Positions 21,802 to 31,657 of a DNA stretch of 64,000 bases are shown piece by piece. Below the pieces are notes generated by a model that saw only the letters and a program-made list of their open reading frames with translations, was not told where the DNA came from and ran no database searches. The stretch is from IMG/VR virus record IMGVR_UViG_3300006893_000001, one strand, 5' to 3'. A program made the translations under genes and the position numbers. The stretch's first letter is position 1. The number at the start of each line of letters is the position of its first letter. Origin of the DNA: a virus.

Positions 21802-22238
21802 GACCATCATGGGACGAAACGTTTCTTAGGGTTTGCGAAATCATGAAGGAGCGTGGTACATGTCAGCGACTCCAAGTTGGTGCTGCAGTTGTCAAAGGTT
21901 GTCGTATCATCTCGACGGGATACAACGGCGCACCCAGAAGCCTTGAGCATTGTCATCACGATTTGTATAATGGCCATGCACAAGACGACCCACATTTAGT
22001 AGGTGGACATTGTGCTAACGCAGAACACGCTGAGTCCAATGCACTAATGGTTGCGGGCGAACGAGCTGACGGAGCGACGCTCTACTCCACCGTGAGTCCC
22101 TGCCTCAATTGCATGAGACTCGCCGTCACCGCGGGCATCAAGCGTATCGTATTCGCTGAATGGTTCCGCAAGACAGAACCATCTAAGGCTTTAGCCGCAG
22201 CTGCAGGAATCCAATTGTCGCATGTCCTCATCCCGTAA
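21798..22238 (+). CDS. dCMP deaminase (CMP/dCMP zinc deaminase family)
   Basis: Start trimmed to MRPSWDETF; HAESNAL and PCLNC zinc-binding motifs. Confidence 0.85.
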   Translation: MRPSWDETFLRVCEIMKERGTCQRLQVGAAVVKGCRIISTGYNGAPRSLEHCHHDLYNGHAQDDPHLVGGHCANAEHAESNALMVAGERADGATLYSTVSPCLNCMRLAVTAGIKRIVFAEWFRKTEPSKALAAAAGIQLSHVLIP

Positions 22239-23751
22239 CCTCTTCGCTCATCAAATTCGTATCACCTCGTTCGCTGAGAAGCGAGCGTATACGTATTTGT
22301 CTTGCGAGACTGGTACCGGCAAGAGTTTAATCGTCATCGAGCTACTCGAGAAGTGGGGCATGCGCGCTATCTGGGTGACTATGAATCAATGCACCGGAGT
22401 AGTCTGTGACGAGTTCGCCAAGTGGGGTTCACCACTACGAGCTGTCCGTCTTGAAGGTTCTAAGAAACAGCGTCAGCAGATAATTGCTTCTGGCAATTGG
22501 GATATTCTCGTCGTTAACTATGAAGCGACGCGTGGGCTTGCCGAGGAGCTTAAGGACTGCGAAGTTAACGTAATCATTTTTGACGAATCTCAACGCATTA
22601 AGAACCGCCGCAGTGCCCAATCGCAGGCTTGTCGCAAAATCGCTCTTAGCATTAAGAAGCGAGCGCAGATGGAGTCGATGCTGACGGGCCGAAAGCAATG
22701 TGGCCACATCATCGTTATGACTGGCACGCCCATCACGAAGAACATTCTCGACCTCTGGTCTCAAACAGACGTTCTGTGCCCAACCGATAGCATCAAAGAT
22801 TTTAAGCAACATGTGCTAGGATTCGGGTCATACACATCCTATGAGAAGTCGGTTGCAATCGTGACACCGCATCCACGCCTTGGGTACCGCGCTAAGATAT
22901 ATGAGTTCCCTGATGACCGTACTCGCATGGTGACGGAGCAGATGGCGAAGTTCAGTCAGATGGCGATGAAGGTTGATTGTCTTGACCTTCCACCTCAGCT
23001 TTTCAAGGAAGTTCGCATAGATATGCTTCCGCCTCAGGCCCATATTTACGCGGCTCTCCGCAACGATATGATTGCAGCGATTGACGATGTGCCGGTGCCT
23101 ATGTATAGTCGTGCGGTCCTCGATACATTTGGCATCGTGCCGTTGAAGCACGAAGACCTACTCGATAAGCGAGGATTCGTGTCTGCCGATATGGCTGTGA
23201 CACTTCAGACTCGACTTCAACAGGTGACGTCCGGCTTCGTTAAGACCGACGATGGTCGCGAGGTTAACATTGCGTCATGCAAGATAGATATGCTTCGCGA
23301 AATGCTACCTAACTTGACTGAGACAATTGGCGACCATAAGGTCGTCATTTGGGCTCGCTTCACTCGAGACGTAGACAACATCATGGCTCTTTGCAATGAA
23401 ATGGGCCTGAATCCGGTCCGCCTCGATGGAAGAACGTCGCATGACGCTCACAATATCGTTACTCTGTTTCAATCGCGTCCAGGAGTTCGCGTTCTCGTAG
23501 GCAATATTCAACTTGGAGTCGGCATTACGCTGACTGCTGCAGACTATTGTGTCTTCTATTCACATTCGTTCAACGGCGAACATCGAATGCAAGCTCTTGA
23601 CCGCATCCATCGCATCGGACAAACTCGCGCTGTGACCTATTATGATTTTGAAGCTAGGGCTTCTGTTGACGGCAAAATCATAAGCAGTAATCGTGAGAAG
23701 ACAGGGTTTGCTGTGCGAACTTTGAACGATTTGAAGAAACTACTAGGTTGA
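22222..23751 (+). CDS. SNF2-family (SF2) helicase/translocase
   Basis: ETGTGKS, DESQRIKN, C-terminal QALDRIHRIGQTR. Confidence 0.85.
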   Translation: MSSSRNLFAHQIRITSFAEKRAYTYLSCETGTGKSLIVIELLEKWGMRAIWVTMNQCTGVVCDEFAKWGSPLRAVRLEGSKKQRQQIIASGNWDILVVNYEATRGLAEELKDCEVNVIIFDESQRIKNRRSAQSQACRKIALSIKKRAQMESMLTGRKQCGHIIVMTGTPITKNILDLWSQTDVLCPTDSIKDFKQHVLGFGSYTSYEKSVAIVTPHPRLGYRAKIYEFPDDRTRMVTEQMAKFSQMAMKVDCLDLPPQLFKEVRIDMLPPQAHIYAALRNDMIAAIDDVPVPMYSRAVLDTFGIVPLKHEDLLDKRGFVSADMAVTLQTRLQQVTSGFVKTDDGREVNIASCKIDMLREMLPNLTETIGDHKVVIWARFTRDVDNIMALCNEMGLNPVRLDGRTSHDAHNIVTLFQSRPGVRVLVGNIQLGVGITLTAADYCVFYSHSFNGEHRMQALDRIHRIGQTRAVTYYDFEARASVDGKIISSNREKTGFAVRTLNDLKKLLG

Positions 23752-23759
23752 TTGTAATG

Positions 23760-23788
23760 TTTACAAATCGCCACAATTGAGGTATGAT
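23760..23788 (+). promoter_or_regulatory. sigma70-like promoter TTTACA-N17-TATGAT
   Basis: Good hexamers and spacer in the 194-nt gap after the SNF2 gene. Confidence 0.6.
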
Positions 23789-23945
23789 AAACCAGTGAAA
23801 AGCTTAACCGCGTACACGTTGTTTGGATTCATGGCGACTAACGCTAAAATCATCAACGTCCTAGCCAGAATACAATGCAAAAATGTTCGTTAAGTTTCTG
23901 GCAGCAATCAAGTCCTACTAAGTCTGGTCTTGAAAAGAGTAAATT

Positions 23946-24275
23946 ATGAAACCGAGGGTCTATGCCCTTAACTATCTTGGGCACGATATTTCTGACGCCG
24001 AACGCTTCACCGACGAACCAGTTATTTTTCTCACCGAAGGTTCCGTCAATATCTTCTACCCAGACCGACTTGCTTACGACATTGCGAAGAAGCTCCACGA
24101 TTTCCAACAAGACGATTACATCCTCATCTCCGGTTCACCCGTCATCGCGATGATTGCTATGGGTGTACTTAAGGAGACGTTTAAGTTTAAGACCATCAAT
24201 GTTCTCATCTACAACGTCAAGAAGGGCGAATATGTAGCTCGCCGAATCTCTGGAGCAGTGGCGCGTGGATACTAA
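23946..24275 (+). CDS. hypothetical protein (109 aa)
   Basis: ORF track. Confidence 0.6.
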   Translation: MKPRVYALNYLGHDISDAERFTDEPVIFLTEGSVNIFYPDRLAYDIAKKLHDFQQDDYILISGSPVIAMIAMGVLKETFKFKTINVLIYNVKKGEYVARRISGAVARGY

Positions 24276-24780
24276 TCGAGACTATATGACGGAGCAAGTC
24301 TTAGACGTAACCGGAGAGTTCCCAGACCAAGCATTCGACCTTGCAGATGAAGTCGAGGAAGAAGCTCCACTTGACGTCGACCCAACTAACGAACCGGCAC
24401 TGCACGCCGACCTCGTAGCATTGAAGGCTGCAAAAACTAAGAAGTCTCAGTTGGAGTTGGACCTTAAAGTCTGCAACAAAGAGCTTGAGACGCTTAGACT
24501 TCGCATCACAACTGTGTTCGAAGCTCGCGGCATTACGAATATGCGCGTCACCGGTGTTGGCATGGTCTACTCGAAAGAGGACTTGTATTGCACTGTCGTC
24601 GACAATGAAGGTTTGAATAAGTGGCTTGCTGACCGCGGTGAAGATGCTCTTATCAAACACGCTGTAAACCCACAAACGTTGAAGGCGTATTTGAAGGAGC
24701 GTCGCGAAGGTGGACTCGACCTTCCGCCAGAGGCAGTCATTAAGATTTACGAGCAGAAAAACGTGGCACTACGCAAATGA
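24265..24780 (+). CDS. acidic coiled-coil protein, possibly Gp157/Gam-like
   Basis: Acidic N-terminus, coiled coil, then a beta-rich C-terminus; family assignment is weak. Confidence 0.55.
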   Translation: MDTNRDYMTEQVLDVTGEFPDQAFDLADEVEEEAPLDVDPTNEPALHADLVALKAAKTKKSQLELDLKVCNKELETLRLRITTVFEARGITNMRVTGVGMVYSKEDLYCTVVDNEGLNKWLADRGEDALIKHAVNPQTLKAYLKERREGGLDLPPEAVIKIYEQKNVALRK

Positions 24781-25085
24781 AAGGTGACCGTTCGACGTAC
24801 ATGTGGCATTGCGATGACGAATACTGCGACTGTTCGCGTCCTATAATTGTTGAAGATACCGGCAACGTGCTCGCAATACATTTACCTAAAGCAGGTAATT
24901 TGTTCAGAACCATATACGACGGCGAATGGGTATCTGAATGTGATGGTCCGGATTACGTAGACTATATAGACCAGCTTTCTAAATGGAAAGAAGCCTGTAT
25001 AGAGTTCGAAGTAGAATTTCCTAAAGATGCCGAGAGAAAACTGTGCTATTATCAAAATCAAGTCGCTCGCGGTGTACATCTATGA
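24777..25085 (+). CDS. hypothetical protein (102 aa)
   Basis: ORF track; ATGA coupling. Confidence 0.55.
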   Translation: MKGDRSTYMWHCDDEYCDCSRPIIVEDTGNVLAIHLPKAGNLFRTIYDGEWVSECDGPDYVDYIDQLSKWKEACIEFEVEFPKDAERKLCYYQNQVARGVHL

Positions 25086-25276
25086 AGATTCGGCTGAATC
25101 CTGTCATCTACGTACTGCTGGTGTTTTACGCAGTCGTCGCAACCATTATCTTCTACCCAACAGAGTATCAAATCGCTGAGTCACTATCTGATAAAATCGT
25201 TTCACACTTCTATCCGCAATTAAAAGACACATTCACGACGAACTTACATATCAAAGGAGTAAACCGTAATGACTAG
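25082..25276 (+). CDS. small membrane protein (64 aa)
   Basis: Start trimmed to ATGA-coupled MKIRLNPVIYVLLVFYAVVATIIF. Confidence 0.45.
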   Translation: MKIRLNPVIYVLLVFYAVVATIIFYPTEYQIAESLSDKIVSHFYPQLKDTFTTNLHIKGVNRND

Positions 25277-26090
25277 AAATAACGAAAACCTCGCTGTGCG
25301 TCCTGGTGCAGCTTTGGCGAATGCTGAAATCGCCGAAATGCTCGGGCAAGAAGGCGCACAAGGACTTGAGAACGTTGGCGCTGACGAAATCCAGCTTCCA
25401 CGTCTCGCAGTTCTTCAACCTATGTCACCACTTGTGACCGATAACAAGGCACGCGCTGGTGAAATCGTCAACCTATTGACTGGTGACAACTATGGCAAAG
25501 AGTGCTTCATGTATCCACTCTTGTACTGGACTTCTCGCACACAGTGGGCTTCGAAGGAGCTTAACAGCGAAATCGAATGCCAGGCACGAGACGGTATCCA
25601 CGGAACTAATAAAGACGTCGCTCACGCTGGCGGCAACTGCGCAATGTGTCCGATGGCTAAGTGGCACGAGGACAAGGCGCCGCGTTGCACGCAGTTCAAG
25701 AACATCCTACTCATCCCGTTCAACGACCCCGCTTCGCTCGGCGACTCAGTGCCAGCTGTTTACAGCGGCAAGCGTGCTAGCATTCAGCCCGTCAACAAGT
25801 TCCTATCCGCAGCCATCGCTCTTCGCTTGAACGGTAAGAAGATGCCGCTGTGGTCGTCGCTCTATAAGCTTTCAACGAAGAAGGAGCAAAACGACAAGGG
25901 TACATACTACATGCCCGTCATCGAGCGTGTAGGGTATATCGAATCCAAAGAGGTGTTTGGTTATCTGAAGGAGACCTACGCTCAGATGAAAGACGCCTTT
26001 GACCGCATGATTGTCACAGTGGCAGACGAGACACCTGAAGAAGGCGTTGACCGTCCAGCCGACGTTCATGCAGAAAGTGAAGAGTTCTAA
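25269..26090 (+). CDS. possible ssDNA-binding/annealing protein with acidic C-terminal tail
   Basis: Ends ...PADVHAESEEF (acidic tail with terminal Phe, as in SSBs); CxxC...C cluster; sits in the recombination-type neighbourhood. Confidence 0.6.
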   Translation: MTRNNENLAVRPGAALANAEIAEMLGQEGAQGLENVGADEIQLPRLAVLQPMSPLVTDNKARAGEIVNLLTGDNYGKECFMYPLLYWTSRTQWASKELNSEIECQARDGIHGTNKDVAHAGGNCAMCPMAKWHEDKAPRCTQFKNILLIPFNDPASLGDSVPAVYSGKRASIQPVNKFLSAAIALRLNGKKMPLWSSLYKLSTKKEQNDKGTYYMPVIERVGYIESKEVFGYLKETYAQMKDAFDRMIVTVADETPEEGVDRPADVHAESEEF

Positions 26091-26097
26091 CGTGTTG

Positions 26098-26298
26098 ATG
26101 AAACTAATTCTCGGTCTTGGAGCTATTCTAGTCGTACTTGCCATCGTTGTGGCGGGCGTATCACTCGACGGGTATCTTCTGCACCTAGCATCGCCGGTTC
26201 CAATGTCGTTTGAATACGGCGTGCGATTGACAGTGTGCGTCATGCTCTTGACATTCATTGTGAAAGGCATCTGGACAATTGGTCAGAAAAACTCTTAA
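26098..26298 (+). CDS. two-helix membrane protein (66 aa)
   Basis: Start trimmed to MKLILGLGAILVVLAIVVAGV. Confidence 0.45.
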   Translation: MKLILGLGAILVVLAIVVAGVSLDGYLLHLASPVPMSFEYGVRLTVCVMLLTFIVKGIWTIGQKNS

Positions 26299-26752
26299 CG
26301 ACTTAGCGGCGCTTCCTTCGAATCCATGGGTGCAGATGGTCCGTGAGTTCCACGAGAACCATCTGCCTTCTCCACCACCTAAGTCGCTACATCAACTCTC
26401 AGCCCAGGAACGTCTCGATGAAATCGCATCTATCGGGTCAGAGTACTTCGAATTGGTCGAAGCTATGCGCCAGGGCGATATTGTTGAATCTATTGACGCG
26501 CTATGTGACGTCATCTACGTCGCCATTGGCATTGGCCTTCGCCATGGAATCGATATCACCGCAGCTTTTGATGAGGTCCATGCGTCGAATCGTGAGAAAT
26601 TGAAAGCAGCACCTGGTACAATGGGTCGCGGTGACGGTAAAGGTGGTGGCATAAAGCCGCCAGGTTGGGTAAAACCTCGTATCAAGGAAATTATCGTTGC
26701 TCAAGCGGAGCGCGAACTTGTAAAGGAAATGCAAAACAATGTCACCAGTTGA
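26279..26752 (+). CDS. MazG-like all-alpha NTP pyrophosphohydrolase
   Basis: VREFHENH, EYFELVEA, IDALCDVIYVAIG, AFDEVHASNREK; start uncertain (TTG 26279 or ATG 26336). Confidence 0.6.
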   Translation: MVRKTLNDLAALPSNPWVQMVREFHENHLPSPPPKSLHQLSAQERLDEIASIGSEYFELVEAMRQGDIVESIDALCDVIYVAIGIGLRHGIDITAAFDEVHASNREKLKAAPGTMGRGDGKGGGIKPPGWVKPRIKEIIVAQAERELVKEMQNNVTS

Positions 26753-27080
26753 TTTAGTATTCGAGTTTGGGCCGTGCGATTTAACACGAGCCTTAGCGTA
26801 TGCGTCTGCAGGTCTTGTGTGTTCGACTCAGACAAGACAAAGTAAAAACGTTATGTATTTACTCCGCGCTGTTCATCAACGACCATCCAAGACAATTATT
26901 CATTTAGTTGCTATGTGCGATTTTCGTCGTGACAACGATGGTGGCCCTGGATGCGACCCGTATGACTTTGACCGTGACGACGGTAAAAGTAAGCGAGTCG
27001 CCTTGGCAAACGCGTTATTCGTTAATTTTGGCGACTGTTTGCATCATACCGCTTGCTACGAAGACGGGGTAGACCACTAA
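26739..27080 (+). CDS. hypothetical protein (113 aa)
   Basis: ORF track. Confidence 0.5.
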   Translation: MSPVDLVFEFGPCDLTRALAYASAGLVCSTQTRQSKNVMYLLRAVHQRPSKTIIHLVAMCDFRRDNDGGPGCDPYDFDRDDGKSKRVALANALFVNFGDCLHHTACYEDGVDH

Positions 27081-27721
27081 TGTTAGTATTAGAAGGCGGC
27101 GATTTAGCCGGTAAAACAACTCTTGGTGCAATGCTCGCGAAGACGTATGGCGTTGAAATGGTCCACATGTCCGCGCCTAAGGACGGCGAGCGAGACTTCG
27201 CAAACGTTGCTAAGGTAATCCTCGGCAATCCGAATAACCTCATCGTAGACCGCATGGCTCTCGGTGATTTTGCGTATCGGTCATTCTGGCCGCGTGAACC
27301 GCAAACAACACAACAAGAGCTTGAGTGCTGGCTCAAATATTTGACGCTGAGCCAATCGTATATCGTTTTTGCAGACCCAACCGATGAAACAATCGAGCAG
27401 CGCTACAATGCTCGTGGTGACGAGTTCTTGACTCTCGATAAGATTCTTATCGCGGCCAATAACTATCGTGGCATCTTTGAGAGCATCTACGAGTCGTCCA
27501 ATTTTCGTCGCGTACTCATCTACGATTCAGGTACGTATAGCCCAGATGGTTTCTTGCAGCGCTACGAATCAGCAATCAATGAAGCTATCCTAACTGCAGA
27601 CATTCCGTTTGACCTAGCTTACGATGTGCTTCATGACAACGAAGCTACGACAACAGAAGTTAGCCGACCAACCGAAGACGACCCCGTCGCTCAAGGAGTT
27701 GACCCGGCGGCATTGCTCTAA
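27080..27721 (+). CDS. P-loop dNMP kinase (thymidylate-kinase-like fold)
   Basis: Start trimmed to TAATG-coupled MLVLEG; Walker A GGDLAGKTT; IVDRMALGDFAY. Confidence 0.7.
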   Translation: MLVLEGGDLAGKTTLGAMLAKTYGVEMVHMSAPKDGERDFANVAKVILGNPNNLIVDRMALGDFAYRSFWPREPQTTQQELECWLKYLTLSQSYIVFADPTDETIEQRYNARGDEFLTLDKILIAANNYRGIFESIYESSNFRRVLIYDSGTYSPDGFLQRYESAINEAILTADIPFDLAYDVLHDNEATTTEVSRPTEDDPVAQGVDPAALL

Positions 27722-28774
27722 ATGCAATACGCTCCTCGAGTATTCTCGTCATCGGGCGCTGCGCATCTAATGCGCGACGTCCTTGTCGAGTTGCTCAGCG
27801 AGAAGTATCCGCCAGGTAATAAGGGCACACTCTCTGAAATGCGTGGAACAACGCTTATCATGCACTCACCGGCGTGCAATCTGGTCGCGTCGCCAACTCG
27901 CAAGTTCAACTATGCCTACAATCTTATGGAGTCCATCTGGAACTTAACTGATACTCGTGAGCTTTATGCTCTCAAGCTGTTTAATAGCAAGATTGAGAAC
28001 TTCGTCCAAGACCAGGACGAGTGGAATAGGGATGAAGCAACATGGGCATACGGTCCGTATTCGAATCCTCAAATGCGTTGGGTTATGCGCGAGTTGCTCC
28101 AAGACTCAGGCAGTCGCCGAGCGAACATCAGCGTCGTAACCGGAGACGCGCTAGAATATGGTGGACTCGCCGGCACACCGCCTTGTCTAGTATCAAGTCA
28201 ATTCTTGATTCGGGACGGATGGCTGCATCAATTTGTCACGATGCGTTCGAACGACGCGTGGCTAGGACTACCTCTCGACCTGATGCAATTTTCGTTCTGG
28301 GGTCAGATGCTCTCGGCATACCTCAGCATACCGTTCGGCTCGTACACACATCATGTTGCGTCGTTGCACCTATATCGGAGAGATGTGGAAGCAGCGCAGA
28401 AGTTCATCGACGGCGGCTTGGCGGACTCGCATATTGGTGGGATAACATCGATGGTGACGCCACCTCCGGGCAAGAACGCCCTGCCAGAAGTTCTCGATGG
28501 TTTGGCATACGGCGTAATTGTGGGCGACCTACCAATTGAAGTTCTCAGCGAAGATGGCATCAGGGGTCACGTAAGCATGCTCGTTGGTGGTATAATGCCT
28601 TACGGGTATCAGTGGATGAAAAAGCACGGACATGGCATCGGATGGCCAAAGCCTGCTATGAGACTCTACACCTCAACCGGTTCGCCACTACATGGCGAGG
28701 GCATCGTCACCAACGACGAAGGAAGTTCATGCGAACCTACAATCGATTCAACCTCGACTCAAGTCCAGAACTAG
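27722..28774 (+). CDS. ThyA-fold pyrimidine C5 transferase, predicted dCMP-specific (hydroxymethylase or methylase)
   Basis: Aligns without gaps to the E. coli ThyA core: PPC(L)..QF..DG..RS.D..LGLP(L)D; Asp replaces the specificity Asn (E. coli N177); LHLY; about 100-aa C-terminal extension. Confidence 0.7.
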   Translation: MQYAPRVFSSSGAAHLMRDVLVELLSEKYPPGNKGTLSEMRGTTLIMHSPACNLVASPTRKFNYAYNLMESIWNLTDTRELYALKLFNSKIENFVQDQDEWNRDEATWAYGPYSNPQMRWVMRELLQDSGSRRANISVVTGDALEYGGLAGTPPCLVSSQFLIRDGWLHQFVTMRSNDAWLGLPLDLMQFSFWGQMLSAYLSIPFGSYTHHVASLHLYRRDVEAAQKFIDGGLADSHIGGITSMVTPPPGKNALPEVLDGLAYGVIVGDLPIEVLSEDGIRGHVSMLVGGIMPYGYQWMKKHGHGIGWPKPAMRLYTSTGSPLHGEGIVTNDEGSSCEPTIDSTSTQVQN

Positions 28775-30795
28775 TCGACACTCTTCTTAAGGACGTTCGT
28801 GTCTGCGGCCGTATCGCAGTTGACACCGAGACATTCGGTGACCGTCCGCTCATCCTCAAAGAGAAGTACGCAGGTCTACGATGGTCACTCGGCGACCATC
28901 CGTTTATGTGCCAATTCGCTGCAAGTTCCTCGACGGCGTACATAACGTATAAACCGGAGACTGCGAAGCGAGTTCTCGAAGGCGCGTGGAATCTTGAAGA
29001 GCCATACTTCCTGTTTCACAATGCTAAGTTCGACCTGCACATGCTTCGTTGTTGGCCAGGGTGCGACTGGATTCCAGGCGGGGATTACGACAATTTAGTT
29101 GAGCCACGCATTCGTATCCAAGATACCATGCTTTCGTACTCCATCCTGTACCCAGGCAAGCGCAAAGCGTTGAAGATTGCGTCCAAGGATTTCGTCACTG
29201 ACCTAGACGTTGATGGGCCACAGAAACGCGTTGAGCAAGCTATGACACGGATTCGCTCTGAGCGCCGTACTCGAGTTGGCCGTGGCAAGTGGATGATGGG
29301 TAAACCTGTAACATTCAAAGACGTACCTCCTGAAATCATGGAGCCGTACGCGACGCAGGACGTCATTCTGACACTTCTAATGGACGACGCTCTTGAAGCT
29401 GCTTGGGTAACTAAGAGCGACAAACTTCGCGAAAACTATGAAATCGAACTCAAACTTCTTCCACTGCTTATTCAAATGGAGAAGGCTGGCGAAGACATCG
29501 ATGAAGTCGAACTTAAGCGTCAACTGCTTGAAGCTGAAGAGCAGCGCAGCGTATGGCGCGACAAGCTCGCTACGTTCACTGACGCTGACCCGAATAAGCC
29601 CGTCGAACTGAGACGTTATCTGTACACAGACCCAGCGGGTCTTCGAGAAGAAGTCAAATTCAAGACTGATTCAGGTGAACCGTCCACTGACGAACTTTCG
29701 CTCCGCTCCTTGAAAAACAAAGAAGTATCTGACGTTCTGCTGCACTGGCGCTGGTGGAACAAGGCACACTCGAAACTCAACGAACTGTCAGCGTTCTGCA
29801 TAAACGGTAAGGTTTACTGCGATATGAAGCAAGACGGAGCTAAGACAGGTCGGTTCTCAGCCGTGGCTCCTGCACTTCAGAATATCCCGCGATACGACCC
29901 AGCGAAGCCTTGGGCCCAGTGTCGTCGTATCTTCCGTGCCGCCGGTGGGTACATATCACTTTACATCGACTACTCGGCTATTGAGATGCGCATTTTTGCA
30001 GACTTCTCGAAAGACGCGGGTCTCATCAAGACCTTCAACGAAGGCGGTGACCCGCACAAGTATGTCACCTCGCTTATGTACGGAATTGCTCAAGAAGTCG
30101 TTACGAAGCTGCAGCGCGACTTTGGTAAGACTATGAGCTTCACCATCTTGTATGGCGGCGGACAGAATCGAGTGTACGAAGCCTTGGCGTTCGGCGCAGC
30201 AGCGTCCGACCCACTTCCAATCGAAGAAGCGGCGCATGCCTTGTGCGAGCTTCGGCCTGAAGCTGCGCGAGACGAAGAGATGATGGCGTTGCCGCACCGC
30301 TTCCTCGCAAAAGCTCTCATCGACGCGTATTATACAGCTATCCCAGCGTCTAAGGAGTTCAAAAACGAAGTCATTGGGGTTGTTAAGACGCGTAGCAGAC
30401 CTGTGGACCCGAAGTATCCCGCGTACAAGGGTCGTGGGTACGTAGTCACGAAGTTTGGCCGCGAGGTCACGGTTCCACCCGAAGCGAGTCATATCGCTGT
30501 CAACGCTTTGATTCAAGGCACCGCCTCCGATATGCTGAAACGCGCGCTGCTCATAGCATACAAGGAGTGCAAGGAGTTCTGCCGCTTCAATGAGCTTAAG
30601 ATGTGGGAAGATGTACAGATGAACCTGTCAATCCACGACGAAATCAAGTTCCGTCTGCGAGATAATATTCCACCTAAAAACTTTGTGACTCAGCTCGAAG
30701 GTCCGCTCACGGTGTGGCCGGAGTTCAAAGACGTCAAGTTCAAAGTAGAAGCTAAGTTTGGTGGCAACTGGGCTGAAACGGAGAAAGTAGCATGA
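28729..30795 (+). CDS. family A DNA polymerase with 3'-5' exonuclease domain
   Basis: Start trimmed to MRTYNRF after GAAGGAAG; AVDTETFG; DYSAIEMRIFA; RDFGKTMSFTILYGGG; SIHDEI. Confidence 0.9.
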   Translation: MRTYNRFNLDSSPELVDTLLKDVRVCGRIAVDTETFGDRPLILKEKYAGLRWSLGDHPFMCQFAASSSTAYITYKPETAKRVLEGAWNLEEPYFLFHNAKFDLHMLRCWPGCDWIPGGDYDNLVEPRIRIQDTMLSYSILYPGKRKALKIASKDFVTDLDVDGPQKRVEQAMTRIRSERRTRVGRGKWMMGKPVTFKDVPPEIMEPYATQDVILTLLMDDALEAAWVTKSDKLRENYEIELKLLPLLIQMEKAGEDIDEVELKRQLLEAEEQRSVWRDKLATFTDADPNKPVELRRYLYTDPAGLREEVKFKTDSGEPSTDELSLRSLKNKEVSDVLLHWRWWNKAHSKLNELSAFCINGKVYCDMKQDGAKTGRFSAVAPALQNIPRYDPAKPWAQCRRIFRAAGGYISLYIDYSAIEMRIFADFSKDAGLIKTFNEGGDPHKYVTSLMYGIAQEVVTKLQRDFGKTMSFTILYGGGQNRVYEALAFGAAASDPLPIEEAAHALCELRPEAARDEEMMALPHRFLAKALIDAYYTAIPASKEFKNEVIGVVKTRSRPVDPKYPAYKGRGYVVTKFGREVTVPPEASHIAVNALIQGTASDMLKRALLIAYKECKEFCRFNELKMWEDVQMNLSIHDEIKFRLRDNIPPKNFVTQLEGPLTVWPEFKDVKFKVEAKFGGNWAETEKVA

Positions 30796-31280
30796 AGTAT
30801 TTAATTTGTAATACGTGTCAACTTAATTTGCCGAAAACTGCATTTCATAACAATGAAGGATATACGAGTCGTGGAGGTAAAGATGGTTCTTGTAAAGTAT
30901 GTAAACAAGGAATTGGTGCGAAGCACAGAGCCGCAAACCCGCGCTCAATTAGAGTTGCGAAACAGAAACGGCTCGCCGCTAGCTATAACACAAAGCGAAA
31001 ATGTTTAGTAGATATTTATAAATCAACTGGGCACCGCTGTAACGCATGTGGTCAATTAGGCCGACATGCAGGATATCGATGGAAGTCGAAATTACCAAAA
31101 CTTGTTATTGACCATGACCACAGTCTTGGTAAAACTGAAGAAAGTATTCGTGGTCCACTGTGCGAGGACTGTAATAAATCACTTGGATTTGCTCATGATA
31201 GTATTCCGAGACTGCGTGGTTTAATTAGACATATATCGCAATTCGATGAAAAGCAAAAACTTTTAGCGGGCGTCGAATGA
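30792..31280 (+). CDS. endonuclease VII-family (junction-resolving) nuclease with N-terminal zinc finger
   Basis: VIDHDHSLGKTEESIRGPLCEDCNKSLG. Confidence 0.75.
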   Translation: MKYLICNTCQLNLPKTAFHNNEGYTSRGGKDGSCKVCKQGIGAKHRAANPRSIRVAKQKRLAASYNTKRKCLVDIYKSTGHRCNACGQLGRHAGYRWKSKLPKLVIDHDHSLGKTEESIRGPLCEDCNKSLGFAHDSIPRLRGLIRHISQFDEKQKLLAGVE

Positions 31281-31657
31281 GAATCATTGCAATCCGCTTT
31301 GAAGACCTTGATGAGAGTCAAGTCAACGATATTCGCTGGGACATCGAACAACTACTTAACGAGAAGATAGGCTCGTACGCTTATCGAATTGCTTCAGGAC
31401 TAGAAGATGACCCACTAGATTTCGGCGGGGACTCTGAAAAGCCTGGTGACCGTCAGATGTGGTTCTTCAAGAAGATGCTTGGAGACCTTTCTGCGTTCTA
31501 CTACAAAACTGAAAAGATAATACCGGACCATCCACACCTGTCACAAGCTAAAACGGTGCTACAGGTCGCGGTTGAAGAAACAGAAACGATGGATAAGATG
31601 CGCTGCAGTCAGCTCATCGACGCCATGAAAGAAGTTCTAGGAGAGCTTAGAACATGA
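31277..31657 (+). CDS. hypothetical protein (126 aa)
   Basis: ORF track; coupled. Confidence 0.6.
   Translation: MRIIAIRFEDLDESQVNDIRWDIEQLLNEKIGSYAYRIASGLEDDPLDFGGDSEKPGDRQMWFFKKMLGDLSAFYYKTEKIIPDHPHLSQAKTVLQVAVEETETMDKMRCSQLIDAMKEVLGELRT

Noticed and set aside
29956-30516. 186-aa minus-strand ORF inside the DNA polymerase gene
   Set aside because: It lies fully within the polymerase palm/fingers coding region, which carries all three family A motifs. No independent signals support it.
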